NCBI RefSeq assembly: GCF_027921745.1
Contig: NC_079239.1
Coordinates: forward strand, 2,418,001 to 2,482,000
Length of the DNA stretch: 64,000 nt
Direction: 5' to 3'
Source of the DNA: Schizosaccharomyces osmophilus
Lineage: Eukaryota
Part shown: positions 35,397 to 47,349 of the stretch, piece by piece
Position numbering within the stretch: position 1 is the first letter of the stretch
Layout: each line of letters opens with the position of its first letter
The notes under the pieces: model-generated
Told to the model about the DNA's origin: nothing
The model's database searches: none
Seen by the model: only the letters and a program-made list of their open reading frames with translations
Translations under genes and position numbers: made by a program

Positions 35397-37007
35397 TTAA
35401 ATTAACAAGACAGCAACGCCACCGGTAACCATAGAGACCAAGGCAATAAAGGCCTTGGAGTTAAAAGAAGAGCTGGCGGCACTCTTTTCGTTACCAGATT
35501 TAGTGTCATTACCAGAGCCACCGCTACCACCGGAGGTACTAGACATGTTATCGGTACCATTACCCTTGGAAACAGCATTAGCGTTGGGAGTAACCGAGAT
35601 AGCATTAGTACCAGAAGAACCAGCAGCAGAAAGGTAGGACTTGCAAGAACCAGTAGCAGAAGTGGCAGAAGTAGAAGAGGCAGAGCCCTTGAAGTCACAA
35701 CCACCCTTTTGTTGATAGTAAGCATCCAAAACATAGTTCAACTTTTGCTTAGAATCGCAGTAGCTGAAAGAACCGTACTTACCGGGAGAAGTACCGTTAG
35801 CGTTGATAGCATCGCAATCAATAAGATTGCAGACGTAACCGAAAAGATCTCCATAATCAGAAGAGTCAACGCCATCAGCTACAATACACTGTCTAGTACT
35901 GTCCATGCATTCACAAACATCCTCAGAGGGAGTGGGGGGCAGGTTAGTAGCAGCCTTCCAAACACTTTGGGTAGCAGAACAAGATAAACCAGAGGAAGTG
36001 AGAGACATGGAAGAAGATTGAGTTGAAGAAGGTTGGACAGAGGCATACATAGAAGAAAGGTGAGGGAAGTCAGTAAGAGTACTGACGGAGTCACCACTAG
36101 TAGTAACGACACCATAGTGGTTGTCGGCTTCAAAGTATTCGTAAGCGATACCACCAGACCAAACATCAGTCATGTCATCGCTGAACAAAGCCTTGACTTC
36201 GGTAAATTTACGAGGACGAACATCGATGCAACCAAATTCACTGAAGAAGACGGGAACTGTGTAGTTTTTGAATTCTTCAGTTCTTACATCGTAACCAGAT
36301 TTTTGCATGCTGCTATCACCACACCACTCGTAGATGTTGATACCGTAGAAATCAACAATATCTTCCTTCTCACCGCAGTCAAAGTACTCAGACATAGCGA
36401 CACGAGTTTTTTCTTCATCATTGGTAGAGTAACCGACGGGAATTTGACGGTGACCAGCGTTGACGATGTATTGCTTAACATCACGGACAGCGGCCTTGAC
36501 GAAAGCAGCGGCATTGGTGTTGCTTGCATTTTGAACAACTTCGTTACCACCAACGAAACCAAGGACATTGTTGTAAGGAGCCAAAGAGTCGACTACGTCA
36601 GTGTAGTGCTTGAACAAGTCAACGGTCCAAGAAGGATCGGCACCGTTGATAGAAACGTCGGGACTAGACAAATCGGAAAGAACGTAAATTCCGTTGTCAT
36701 CGAAAGTTTTCATGCAATCATCATGATTGGCAGAAGAGTTGACACTGTAAACACGGATGGTGTTGACAGAGAGCTCCTTCAAGTACTTGACATCACGCTC
36801 ACAAGTACTCTTATCAGTGAGGGGGTCAACGTATTTGACATCTCCACTGTGGTCGGGTTGGTAAGCAATACCCTTAATGAAGAAACGGGTACCGTTTTGG
36901 TACCAGAAGTAACGGCCGTCGACGTGGACGGGAGATACGGTAGCTTCAGCAAAGCTAGCCAAGCTGGCAAGACCAGCGGCAGCCAAAGACAAAAGAGAAA
37001 GCTTCAT
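35397..37007 (-). CDS. gas1: GPI-anchored 1,3-beta-glucanosyltransferase Gas1 (GH72 + X8)
   Basis: Signal peptide, RFFIKGIAYQ, GNEV and SEFGC catalytic motifs, Cys-rich X8 domain, S/G-rich linker, hydrophobic GPI signal. Confidence 0.95.
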   Translation of the reverse strand: MKLSLLSLAAAGLASLASFAEATVSPVHVDGRYFWYQNGTRFFIKGIAYQPDHSGDVKYVDPLTDKSTCERDVKYLKELSVNTIRVYSVNSSANHDDCMKTFDDNGIYVLSDLSSPDVSINGADPSWTVDLFKHYTDVVDSLAPYNNVLGFVGGNEVVQNASNTNAAAFVKAAVRDVKQYIVNAGHRQIPVGYSTNDEEKTRVAMSEYFDCGEKEDIVDFYGINIYEWCGDSSMQKSGYDVRTEEFKNYTVPVFFSEFGCIDVRPRKFTEVKALFSDDMTDVWSGGIAYEYFEADNHYGVVTTSGDSVSTLTDFPHLSSMYASVQPSSTQSSSMSLTSSGLSCSATQSVWKAATNLPPTPSEDVCECMDSTRQCIVADGVDSSDYGDLFGYVCNLIDCDAINANGTSPGKYGSFSYCDSKQKLNYVLDAYYQQKGGCDFKGSASSTSATSATGSCKSYLSAAGSSGTNAISVTPNANAVSKGNGTDNMSSTSGGSGGSGNDTKSGNEKSAASSSFNSKAFIALVSMVTGGVAVLLI

Positions 37008-37820
37008 TACGAAAAAGAATGAACGGTTCTAAAATGAACGTTTGGTATAGATAGAAATGCAAGGAATGAAAGACAAAAGAATAGAAAAGAAAGAAGAATG
37101 GAAATATAAATTTCCTAAATGCAAAAGCACCCTTTTTTCAAAAGAAAGAAAGTGGGTATTCGATGCTTTTTTTTTCTAGAAATATATTCGTAGGGTAGAA
37201 CGCGATCGACGCGTTGACTATATATATAAAATTTCCAGACGAGAAATTTTAAAAGCTCTACCCGTCTCCGAGTGATCTGACATATATATAATATCCGTTG
37301 GGGGGAGGAGTCGTTGTTACGGTAACCAAATAGCAATGCACTTGTTACCTTTGGTGTAATGGGATGGAAACAAAAAGAAATCATTCCAGAGAGAAAAAGA
37401 GAAAATTCAAAAAGAAAGAGTCAAAAAACCCAATTACGAGATGATTGTTTGGATCATAAAACTACAAAAAAAATAAAAAAATAACAAAAAAAAGAATTCT
37501 GAAACCCCTCCAAAGAAAACCATGGTTCTTTGACTCTGTGTGCTGTTGTTTGTTTACTTGAAGGGAACGGCTGTGTTGGTTGCTATAGCAATAGAATAGA
37601 GGCTCAGTACATCACCGTCGTCGCCATGAGACACATTCGTAGCCATGGTGGCAGTAATGGTAGCAGCCTAGATGGAAATAGCCACCGGATCTTGTGTTGC
37701 TTTGACCGTGCAAGGGAAAGAGGAGGAAGAGGGACTGAATCAGACGTTGTCATAGATATACAAGACCAGCAGTAGCGTTAGCGACAGCAGTCGCATCAGT
37801 GCTAGGAAAGGTAGTAACAC

Positions 37821-38045
37821 TAGTAGTAGTAGAAGTAGTAGTAGTAGTAGTAGTAATACTAAAAAGTCATTCTTAAGAGGCTAGCCATAGGTGAATAGCC
37901 AAGGGATGCCAAGATGTGGAGATTGAAGTAAATTTGCCTGGTAAGAAGAAAATCATTAGAAAAGAGAAAAGAAGTCATTCGTTTGTAATTCCATCTTGCA
38001 AAATCAAGCATAGTTGTAGGATAGAATAGAATAGAATAGAATAGA
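37821..38045. repeat. Microsatellites: about (TAG)11 at 37821-37855 and (ATAGA)5 at 38021-38045
   Basis: Directly visible tandem repeats. Confidence 0.9.
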
Positions 38046-40218
38046 ATAAAATGAATGTCCATCCTGCTAGTAGGATGCTAGTATTGATAAAGTAACGCAA
38101 TGTTAGGTTGCTTTTTATCCTCTACACACAATGTTTCGTAGCAACATTTCACAAATGGAAGTCTTCAGCAATAGTGTTTCAAATCTACTAGAATGTTGAG
38201 ATTGTTATCCAATCCATTCCAAAGGCACATTTTATTATTTATTTGTTATTAAATAATTATTATTTTACTTTTATTTATTTTTATTTTACTTTTATTTAAT
38301 TTTATTTAATTTAATTTTTGTTTTTGTTTTTGTTTTTCTTTCTCTTTCAAAACCAGCTCCTTCGGGAAACCATCCTTCGGAACCATCTCCTTTAAAGGCT
38401 TTCCTTCCAACGACAAAGACCTACTTACTACGCTTATCTGTCTCCTTTTTTACAATCAACAAAACGACAAAGAACCTGTAAAATCCCTTTCATGGCAGAA
38501 AGCAGAAAAAAAAAAAAGTAGATGAATGAGAAGATGCGAAGAACCCGTTGGTGAAAGAGACAGCCAGTCTTAAACAAAGACTATGTAGAACCTTACTTAC
38601 TGGGCTACAATTTACTATCATGGACTGATGATAACTAGAGTGAATTCGAGTGGACTAGGGCATCCAGGTTGTTAACCTAATCTTGTCTTCTTTTACGAGT
38701 CGTTCTACTTCGTTGGAATTTACTACGTAACTTGCAAGTTGCAAGCCATAAGTCGCAAACCAGCACTAAAGATGTGTTGTTTTTCGCGGTTGGTTTTGAT
38801 AATTTATTTACTTATTTATTTGTTTTTTTTGTTTTTTTTTTTACTTTTTCAACTGTTTGCTCTTTTTTTATTTCCATCAACAATAGCTCGTGTCGCAGTC
38901 GAAATGACTAACAATGCTGCGACTCTTCTCGAAAGCGACTTCTTTAACGAGACCCTTATGCAACTTTTTCCTCTCGGGCCCACGAATTAACGAACAGGGT
39001 CCCGTTTTCTCCAACCCCTCTCCCCTCACACTCTAAGCCCTCTGAGATCACCTTTGGAAATATATAAATAATACATAAACCATACTCATTGAAAAGTCAA
39101 ATTATTCTTTTATTTTTTCTCTATTGATTGATGTATTTAGTATAGCAGTTCCTCGGCTACTTGTGGATTTTCGGAGACATCGTAGTTTGGCTATTTATAT
39201 TTTATAACGATTCTTTAGTTTACCAAGAGCGAAACACCTTTGCACTTGTTACAACCAAAATACAGTAAGGAAACGCTCGCCTGAGTACTTCGGAAGATAT
39301 TTCACGTTTGGATTTGTAAAATATTACTACTAAAACAAAAATCCATACCAATTATCTAAGCCTACCCAGAGTGAACGGCGGCGTTTGTCTTTTTTTGTGT
39401 GTGTGTGTGTGTTTTTTTCTTTCTAGTTTACAAAGAAACAGAAACACTGACCCAAAAGCTTTGCTTGCTTTCTTTTTTCTATAAAGTTGATAGATTTCAT
39501 CATATATATTCTCTAACTCTATCACTCTCTTTCCCTCCCTTTATCCCACTTGTCGATCTCTTTTCCTTGACTGACTCGACCGACAGACTAATTGTATTGC
39601 TGTTTGCTTGTTTGTTTTGTCCGTCTTCCTTTTTTCAAAAGTTTCGGCTTTTCATTTAACTTACGAAAACAAAAGAAAGAGATTGAAACAGTAAAAAAGG
39701 ACGTGCGATTCTCTTTTTTCCATTGCGTTGTGTTGTTTGGTCTGTTCGTCTATTTTAATTTCTTTTTTTTTCTCTCTTTTATATAATCGGCTTTTTTTTC
39801 ATTGCTACACTCTTTTTGCGAAGGTTTCTCATTCTTTAATTCCCCATCATTCCTTTCGTTTCTTGCATTTCTGAAAACAAAAACTTTTTGTTTTTTTTTT
39901 TCGTTTTCAGTTGTGCCCCATAGTTTACTTGACTTTATTTTTTGCATTTTCTTTGCTTCCAACACATTGGTTTTTCAATCATTGAGGCTTTGTTGATTTT
40001 TGCTTTTCGTTGTTCTTATTGCCAATCCTGCAATCTATGGTCAAGTTTCCTTCTCACATCTAGGGTTCTCTTTTCAAGGCACTTTGTAACAACTCATAGA
40101 GGGGTTCGTTACCAGTTGTAAAACATTGCACTTTTATATTTTTGCTATCTTACATAATCTTTTGCTTTTTACTTTCTTTACGCATTCCTTTCTAATAATT
40201 GCTTGATCAGCTCCCCTA

Positions 40219-43200
40219 ATGTACCCATATCAAAGATCCGAAGAGTTTTCTGCTTCTTCTACAAATGGAGCAGGTGAGGAAACTCCCATCAACTCCAACT
40301 ATGGTTCAGAGGCTTATTATGGCGGTCGCCACACGCTATCGCCTCATGTCAATCCTTTTATGAATGAACATGAGCAAGAGGATGCCTACTCTGATATCCT
40401 TGAAGAAGCTCCCAATGAAGAAGCTGTATATAATTCTCCAGAGAGACCTAGCTCTTCCGAAGAGTTCGTTTCACAAGACGAGTCCAACGTTTCCGCCGGC
40501 AGTTCTTATATGTTCCCCTACAACCGGGGGCATCCATTAGCCAAGCGTCATGATTCTATCATGGTTGATGAGTTTGGCCATGAATACATTGTTGAAGGTG
40601 AAAGCATTGCTTCAACGGACGAAGCAATTGATTACGATGCTTTATATGCTTCTTGGACTGCCGATAACAAGGCTCCAATCCTTGCCCTCGATATTGAAAA
40701 TATTTTCATCGAACTCGCTATGAAGTTAGGTTTCCAATGGGACAGTATGAGAAATATGTTTGACTACCTTATGGTTATGCTTGATTCTCGATCATCCCGT
40801 ATGGCTCCTCAAGATGCTTTGCTATCCGTGCACGCTGATTATATTGGCGGTCCTCATGCCAATTTCAAGAAATGGTACTTTGCTTCCAGAATGGATCAAT
40901 TTGACTTTGCCTCTGGTGTCCCTTCGTTCATTTCTCGTGATCCTTCTAATCAATCACCCGTCTCAGATCTCTCTGCCGTAAATGCCCTTTGGATTTCTCG
41001 TATGGATGATTTGTCCAGCTATGAGCGTGTTGAACAATTAGCTCTTTACCTTTTATGCTGGGGTGAAGCCAACAATGTTCGTTTTATGCCGGAGTGTTTG
41101 TGCTTTATATATAAGTTGGCCTATGACTATCTCATTTCCCCTCAATACAAAGAGCAAAAAGATCCTGCCCCTAAAGATTATTACCTTGATCATTGCATTA
41201 CTCCTTTTTATAATTTGCTGCATGATCAACAATATGAAATTCGCAACCAAAAATACGTTCGGAAAGAGAAGGATCATGCTGAAACTATTGGTTATGATGA
41301 TGTCAATCAAATGTTTTGGCATGCTAGCGGCATCAAGCGCATTAAGCTTCTTGATGGCTCCGGAATCATGAAAGCACTTCCCTCTGCTAGAATTCACTTG
41401 CTCGATCAAGTTCAGTGGAGTCGCATTTGTTATAAATCATATAGGGAGTCTCGTACTTGGTTACATTTTATAACCAACTTCAACCGTATTTGGATTTTGC
41501 ATCTTTGCGTCTTTTGGTATTTTACTGTTCATAACTCTCCCACCATTTACACTCGAAACTTCCACTATTTGGAAAATACTCAGCCTTCTCGTGCCGCAAA
41601 ATGGAGTGCACCTGCGCTTGCCGGTGCCGTTGCCTCCTTTATAAACTTTTTGGCACTTTTGCTCGAAGGTTATTTTGTTCCTAGAAGATCTCCAGGTGCC
41701 CAAACTGTCTTGCCCAGGTTGATATTTGTAGCAATCTTGCTTGCTCTCAATATTATCCCTGCCGTTTTCATTTTTGGATTTTCTAACGATCGGCAACAAC
41801 ATTACAAAAGTCGTGAAATTGTCGGCTATGTTCATTTCTTTTTTTCTATTGCCTGCGTTGCCTATCAGACTTTTGTACCTTTATCTGGTTTATTGGGTCC
41901 AAGGTTCAACTTTCGGGGTTCTAGAAAATATCTGGCCAATAAGTATTTCACCAACAATATTGTAACTTTGCCATGGCGCCGTTTCCTATTGTCAGTTTGT
42001 TTGTGGGTTACAGTATTTGTAGCCAAGTTTGTTGAGTCGTACTACTTTCTCACTCTTTCGGTTCGTGATCCTATCCGATTTCTTCAGAAAATGAAACCTT
42101 ACGATTGCAGCGATTACTTAATTGGTTCAGCTCTTTGTAGGTACCAGCCCAAATTTTTATTGTCGCTCGTTTATCTCACAGACTTGGTTTTGTTCTTCCT
42201 CGATACCTACTTATGGTACATGCTAATCAGTACTATTTTCAGCATCGGGTATTCCTTCTCAATTGGTGCCGCGATTTGGACTCCCTGGCGCGTACTCTAC
42301 TCGAATTTGCCTAGACGTATTTACTTCAATTTATTGTCTGCTAAGTCATTGTCTACTGATTTCAAGCCTAAGATTTACGTTGGTCAGATATGGAACAGTG
42401 TAATGATTTCCATGTACCGTGAACACTTGCTTTCTTTGGAACACCTAAGGGGCTTGTTGTACGAGCAAGTTGGATCCGAGTATTTCGGGAAACAGACTTT
42501 CCAATCTCCCAAGTTTTTCATGGAGTCAGCTAAAGGAAAATCAACTAGGAATAAGTACTTCTTGGCCACTTCAGAAGCAGAAAGAAGAATTTCATTTTTT
42601 TCACAGTCGCTTTCTGCGAATCTGCCTGAGGCTATGCCGGTTCCTAAAATGCCTTCATTCACTGTGCTCATTCCTCACTATGGTGAGAAGATTCTTCTGA
42701 GTCTTCGGGAAATTATTCGCGAGCAAGATCCCATGTCGAGGATAACTTTACTGGAATACTTAAAACAACTTTACCCTCACGACTGGAATTGTTTTGTTCA
42801 AGATACTAAGTTGATGGCTGGTGAGCCTAGTCCCATGGATAATAAAGATGATGAAAAAGCTGAGGGGTCAAAAAAGAAGAATAATTTCCTTAAAGAAGAC
42901 CTTCCTTTCTATTGCATTGGTTTCAAGTCTACGGCTCCGGAATATACTTTGCGTACTAGAATCTGGGCTTCCCTTCGCAGTCAGACACTGTACCGTACTG
43001 CAAGCGGTATGATGAATTATTCTCGTGCTCTGAAATTGCTATATCGCGTTGAACACCCTGCGTTATTGGATGAATGTAGTGGAAACTTTGAAAAACTCGA
43101 GCACGAATTGGAACAAATGGCTTATCGGAAGTTCCGTCTTTGCCTGTCCATGCAGCGTTATTCAAAGTTCACTCGCGACGAATATGAGAACACTGAATTT

Positions 43201-45687
43201 CTTTTGAGAGCACATCCCGAACTGCAAATTTCATATTTGGACGAAGATCCAGCTGAGGATGGTGAGGAGCCAAAGGTGTATGCAACTCTTATCAATGGCT
43301 TCTGTCCTATAGAAAATGGTCGTCGCTTACCAAAGTACCGCATTCGTCTATCTGGTAACCCCATATTGGGAGACGGTAAAGCTGATAATCAGAACATGGC
43401 TCTTCCATTTGTCCGCGGTGAATATCTTCAAGTCATTGATGCTAATCAAGACAACTATATTGAGGAATGTTTGAAAATCCGCAGTGTCCTTAGTGAATTT
43501 GAAGAGATGGATGCAGTTACCACGAATCCCTATTCTGCCTCAGATAAGCATAACTGGCCTGTTGCTATGGTTGGTTCTCGAGAGTACGTATTTTCAGAAA
43601 ACAGCGGTATTTTGGGTGATGTTGCTGCTGGTAAGGAACAAACTTTTGGTACGTTATTTTCTCGCTCTTTAGCCTTAATTGGTGGTAAGTTGCATTACGG
43701 ACATCCTGACTTTTTGAATACAATCTTTATGACCACCCGAGGTGGTGTTTCTAAAGGTCAGAAAGGTTTACACGTCAATGAGGATATTTATGCTGGTATG
43801 AATGCTATGCAGCGTGGTGGACGAATCAAACATTGCGACTATTTCCAATGTGGTAAGGGACGTGATCTCGGTTTTGGTACGATTCTCAACTTTACTACGA
43901 AGATTGGTACCGGTATGGGTGAGCAGTCGCTTTCACGTGAGTACTTCTACTTGGGAACTCAATTACCATTCTTCAGAATGCTTTCGTTCTACTATGCACA
44001 TGCAGGCTTTCATCTTAACAATTGCTTCATCATGATATCAATGCAGTTATTGATGCTTGTGTTTGTTAACCTAGGCGCCATGTATCGTACTGTTCCTATC
44101 TGCAAGTATCAATCTAGCGGTAGTGTCAATCAGGGACTATATCCAGCTGGTTGTTACATGTTGAAACCAGTTTTGGATTGGATTAGAAGATGCATTATAT
44201 CTATTTTTGTTGTTTTCTTCATTTCGTTCTTGCCTTTGATTGTGCATGATCTTCTAGAAAAGGGTGCCCTTCGTGCTGTCTCTCGTTTGTGTAAACAGAT
44301 TATCTCATTTTCCCCTATGTTTGAAGTGTTTGTCACTCAAAATTACTCGCAGTCAATCATTACCAATTTAACCTATGGTGGTGCTCGCTACATTGCTACT
44401 GGCCGTGGATTAGCTACTACTCGTGTACCTTTTTCAGTTTTGTACTCTAGGTATAGTGGGGGCTCTATTTACCTCGGTGCTCGTTTATTGCTAATGTTGT
44501 TTTTTGGTACAATGACGGTATGGACCACTCATTATGTCTATTTTTGGTGTACAATGTTTGCATTGGTTATATGCCCATTCCTTTACAACCCTCACCAATT
44601 CTCGTTTGTTGACTTCTTCGTTGATTATCGTGAATTCCTTCGTTGGCTGTCTCGTGGTAATAGCAAAGGACACGACCATTCCTGGATAAGCTTTTGCAGA
44701 TTGGCTCGTACAAGGATCACTGGTGTTCAGAAGAAGCAAAAGGGGTCACCATCCAACAAGCTTGCGATGGATACCCCTCGTGCCAGAATCACAAACTTAC
44801 TCTTTACCGAAATTCTTGTGCCTGCTTTCTTTTGCTTTTTCTCTATTACTGCATATACATTTATGAACTCACAGCCTGGATTGGAGGATACTTCGCGCTC
44901 AGTGAACGGCTTTGTTCGTATTTGGATAATGGCAGCATTGCCTATAGCTATTAGTATTGCTATGTTATGTATCTCTTTGCTTGTATCGTGTTGCCTTGGC
45001 CCGTTGATGAACAAATGCTGTAAACAGTTTGGTGGTTTCATGGCTGCTATCTCACACGGTGTTTGTGTTGTTGGATTGGTTTTTACCTTTGAGGCTTTGT
45101 GGTTCTTGGAGGCTTGGTCACTTTCCAAGACGGTTTTAGGATGTGTCGTAATTATCTCGATTCACCGATTCCTTTTCAAGTTAGTCGTTGTATTCCTTCT
45201 TCCACGTGAAGTATCTGGCGGTGAGACGAACTTTAGCTGGTGGGATGGAAAATGGATTAGCAGAGACATTCCCATGAAACCTATCCAATTTATTCGGGAG
45301 TTTTTCTGCAAGATCATTGAGTTAAATCTCTTTGCTATGGACTTCATGTTGGCACACTCCATCCTGTTCTGTATGGTCCCTGTACTTATAATTCCATTTG
45401 TGGACATCCCTCACTCTGTTTTGTTGTTTTGGCTCCAACCTAGTCGTCAAATCCGTCCTCCAATCTATACCCGTAAGCAAAACCAGCTTCGCAGAAGAAC
45501 GTTTTATCGCTACTCACTTTTGTTTACGCTTCTTCTCTGTACATTTGTTGCAATGATTGTGGTACCGCTTGTTCTTGATCATAAATTGGGATACACATTT
45601 AAGTTTAATAACTCCAAGAAGTTCTTCCGGTTAATGCAACCTACAATGGGCAAGGTCATCAACAGTAATAAGAATACTACCGATTAA
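40219..45687 (+). CDS. bgs3: 1,3-beta-glucan synthase catalytic subunit Bgs3 (GT48)
   Basis: 1822-aa ORF; LYLLCWGEANNVRFMPECLC, RIWASLRSQTLYRT, GDGKADNQN, LHYGHPD, QCGKGRD; syntenic with gas1. Confidence 0.95.
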   Translation: MYPYQRSEEFSASSTNGAGEETPINSNYGSEAYYGGRHTLSPHVNPFMNEHEQEDAYSDILEEAPNEEAVYNSPERPSSSEEFVSQDESNVSAGSSYMFPYNRGHPLAKRHDSIMVDEFGHEYIVEGESIASTDEAIDYDALYASWTADNKAPILALDIENIFIELAMKLGFQWDSMRNMFDYLMVMLDSRSSRMAPQDALLSVHADYIGGPHANFKKWYFASRMDQFDFASGVPSFISRDPSNQSPVSDLSAVNALWISRMDDLSSYERVEQLALYLLCWGEANNVRFMPECLCFIYKLAYDYLISPQYKEQKDPAPKDYYLDHCITPFYNLLHDQQYEIRNQKYVRKEKDHAETIGYDDVNQMFWHASGIKRIKLLDGSGIMKALPSARIHLLDQVQWSRICYKSYRESRTWLHFITNFNRIWILHLCVFWYFTVHNSPTIYTRNFHYLENTQPSRAAKWSAPALAGAVASFINFLALLLEGYFVPRRSPGAQTVLPRLIFVAILLALNIIPAVFIFGFSNDRQQHYKSREIVGYVHFFFSIACVAYQTFVPLSGLLGPRFNFRGSRKYLANKYFTNNIVTLPWRRFLLSVCLWVTVFVAKFVESYYFLTLSVRDPIRFLQKMKPYDCSDYLIGSALCRYQPKFLLSLVYLTDLVLFFLDTYLWYMLISTIFSIGYSFSIGAAIWTPWRVLYSNLPRRIYFNLLSAKSLSTDFKPKIYVGQIWNSVMISMYREHLLSLEHLRGLLYEQVGSEYFGKQTFQSPKFFMESAKGKSTRNKYFLATSEAERRISFFSQSLSANLPEAMPVPKMPSFTVLIPHYGEKILLSLREIIREQDPMSRITLLEYLKQLYPHDWNCFVQDTKLMAGEPSPMDNKDDEKAEGSKKKNNFLKEDLPFYCIGFKSTAPEYTLRTRIWASLRSQTLYRTASGMMNYSRALKLLYRVEHPALLDECSGNFEKLEHELEQMAYRKFRLCLSMQRYSKFTRDEYENTEFLLRAHPELQISYLDEDPAEDGEEPKVYATLINGFCPIENGRRLPKYRIRLSGNPILGDGKADNQNMALPFVRGEYLQVIDANQDNYIEECLKIRSVLSEFEEMDAVTTNPYSASDKHNWPVAMVGSREYVFSENSGILGDVAAGKEQTFGTLFSRSLALIGGKLHYGHPDFLNTIFMTTRGGVSKGQKGLHVNEDIYAGMNAMQRGGRIKHCDYFQCGKGRDLGFGTILNFTTKIGTGMGEQSLSREYFYLGTQLPFFRMLSFYYAHAGFHLNNCFIMISMQLLMLVFVNLGAMYRTVPICKYQSSGSVNQGLYPAGCYMLKPVLDWIRRCIISIFVVFFISFLPLIVHDLLEKGALRAVSRLCKQIISFSPMFEVFVTQNYSQSIITNLTYGGARYIATGRGLATTRVPFSVLYSRYSGGSIYLGARLLLMLFFGTMTVWTTHYVYFWCTMFALVICPFLYNPHQFSFVDFFVDYREFLRWLSRGNSKGHDHSWISFCRLARTRITGVQKKQKGSPSNKLAMDTPRARITNLLFTEILVPAFFCFFSITAYTFMNSQPGLEDTSRSVNGFVRIWIMAALPIAISIAMLCISLLVSCCLGPLMNKCCKQFGGFMAAISHGVCVVGLVFTFEALWFLEAWSLSKTVLGCVVIISIHRFLFKLVVVFLLPREVSGGETNFSWWDGKWISRDIPMKPIQFIREFFCKIIELNLFAMDFMLAHSILFCMVPVLIIPFVDIPHSVLLFWLQPSRQIRPPIYTRKQNQLRRRTFYRYSLLFTLLLCTFVAMIVVPLVLDHKLGYTFKFNNSKKFFRLMQPTMGKVINSNKNTTD

Positions 45688-46615
45688 ATGTGACATGCCT
45701 TGACCGAATCTTGAAAGATGTACTGTTGCTTAAGCCATTATCTGGTAAAGAAGTTGGGACTCGAATTATCTGAGAGAGAACTCTCAGTATTACAAAATTG
45801 CAAATCATAGTTCCAGTTTAAATGGAATTATGCACAAATTTTATATTCATTCGGTTATTTCTTTATCCACTTTCCACCTTCTAGCATGAATGTATGCTAT
45901 AAAAACAAAAGTTTGCATATACTTTATCATCTATGCCAAATTTTATCTCTCGTTTATATCGTAAATTTTATGGATGCTTACTTTGATCGCATTGATCCGT
46001 TGGTGAACGGGTCTTTCCCTTTATCTTTTTTCTTTTATATTTTTTGTTTTCAGGCCGCCATTTCTGGTCTAAGTAATGGGTGACCGCTTGATGTGGCATC
46101 CGAACTCTTGTAAATAGTTCGTCGATTTCTTCTTTCGTTCTTTTCCTCTATATTACTCCTTATTTTTATTTCTTAGATTTATTCTCTATTTTGAAATGAC
46201 ATGACTGATGTTTTTCATGGTAAACTTAAAGATCGTATGTAGGTTGTCTGTATTACAAATTTATATGGCATATTGTTGAGAGGACATGCATGTGCAAGTT
46301 TCTAGGTGCTGTTTTCATTGTTGTACATGTTTTCTATGGTTAAAAAAGGAAAAATGAACATTGCAAAATAGCAGTATAGACTGTGTGAACCGTTTGGGAT
46401 GCGTTTCCTGAAACACACCAAACGAAGGCATAGGGAAATGTTTGAAAGAAAGGGTGACGAAGAGTGGAATTTTTTTGAGGTAACATCCTTATAGAGGTAG
46501 CAATATTATTAGCCGTCGAAACAAGCTTCGGGCGGAAGCGAAGACAGCGTGACTGCTTTATAGTGAACTCATGTTAGCAGGTTTCTAACATTTTCATTTA
46601 ACAACTACAGACAAC

Positions 46616-46890
46616 ATGGGTAAGGTTCACGGATCATTAGCTCGTGCCGGTAAGGTAAGTTAATACATGAAAGTCGAAAGCATGCTGTTTTACGACTTTT
46701 TCGATTATTTTGTATGAACAGTGAATTAACATGTTTGTAGGTGAAATCTCAATGCCCCAAGGTTGAGAAGCAAGAAAAGCCCAAGCAACCCAAGGGACGT
46801 GCTCACAAGCGTCTTGTATACGTTCGTCGCTTCGTCAATGTTACCAATATGGTTGGTGGCAAGAGAAGAATGAACCCTTCTTCTGCTTAA
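46616..46890 (+). CDS. rps30: 40S ribosomal protein S30 (eS30). Exons 46616-46654, 46741-46890
   Basis: [47 protein letters not shown]...; Homol D-like CGTGACTG at 46548-46555. Confidence 0.96.
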
Positions 46891-47286
46891 GTGCTATAAA
46901 CGTACTTGAATACAAAATTTGTATCATCAATGAATTCTTCTCAATTGATTGATTATATTCTTTAAGAATTGGCTGATTAATGTAATCCGTTATTTATGCG
47001 ATTTCAAGTTGCTAGTGTAAAATAGGTTGTTTGTAGTGAAGTTCACGTAGACGATCAGACAAGTATAGTTTTGTAGGAAAGTTCCAACTAACAGCTAATT
47101 GCTGAATGTGTTATACCATGGACAACTAAGTAGTATTGCGGATGAATCTACAGGTATTTTTGAAAAAGATTGTGATTTTCATTTGGTTCTGCATTATGAA
47201 TACCAAAGCCTTCTATTTGCTTTCCTTCAATATGCATACGTGTGATATGAACAGAGTTTTGGAAATGAAGTACTAAATAGGAGAAT

Positions 47287-47335
47287 AAGAGAAGAGAAGA
47301 GAAGAGAAGAGAAGAAAAAAGAAAAGAAAAAGTGA
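47287..47335. repeat. (AGAGA)n/(AAAAG)n purine tract just downstream of fcp1
   Basis: Visible tandem pentamers. Confidence 0.75.
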
Positions 47336-47349
47336 GAGAAACTTGTAGC

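Noticed and set aside
36033..37022. 329-aa plus-strand ORF opposite gas1
   Set aside because: Antisense shadow of a codon-biased, highly expressed gene; starts at a non-ATG codon and has no recognisable motifs
38739..39996. Several Phe/Leu-rich short ORFs upstream of bgs3
   Set aside because: Artefacts of T-rich low-complexity leader sequence
46580..46610. CTAAC...CAG just before the rps30 ATG, as a possible 5'-UTR intron
   Set aside because: No good donor downstream of the Homol D-like box at 46548-46555, which implies a nearby transcription start
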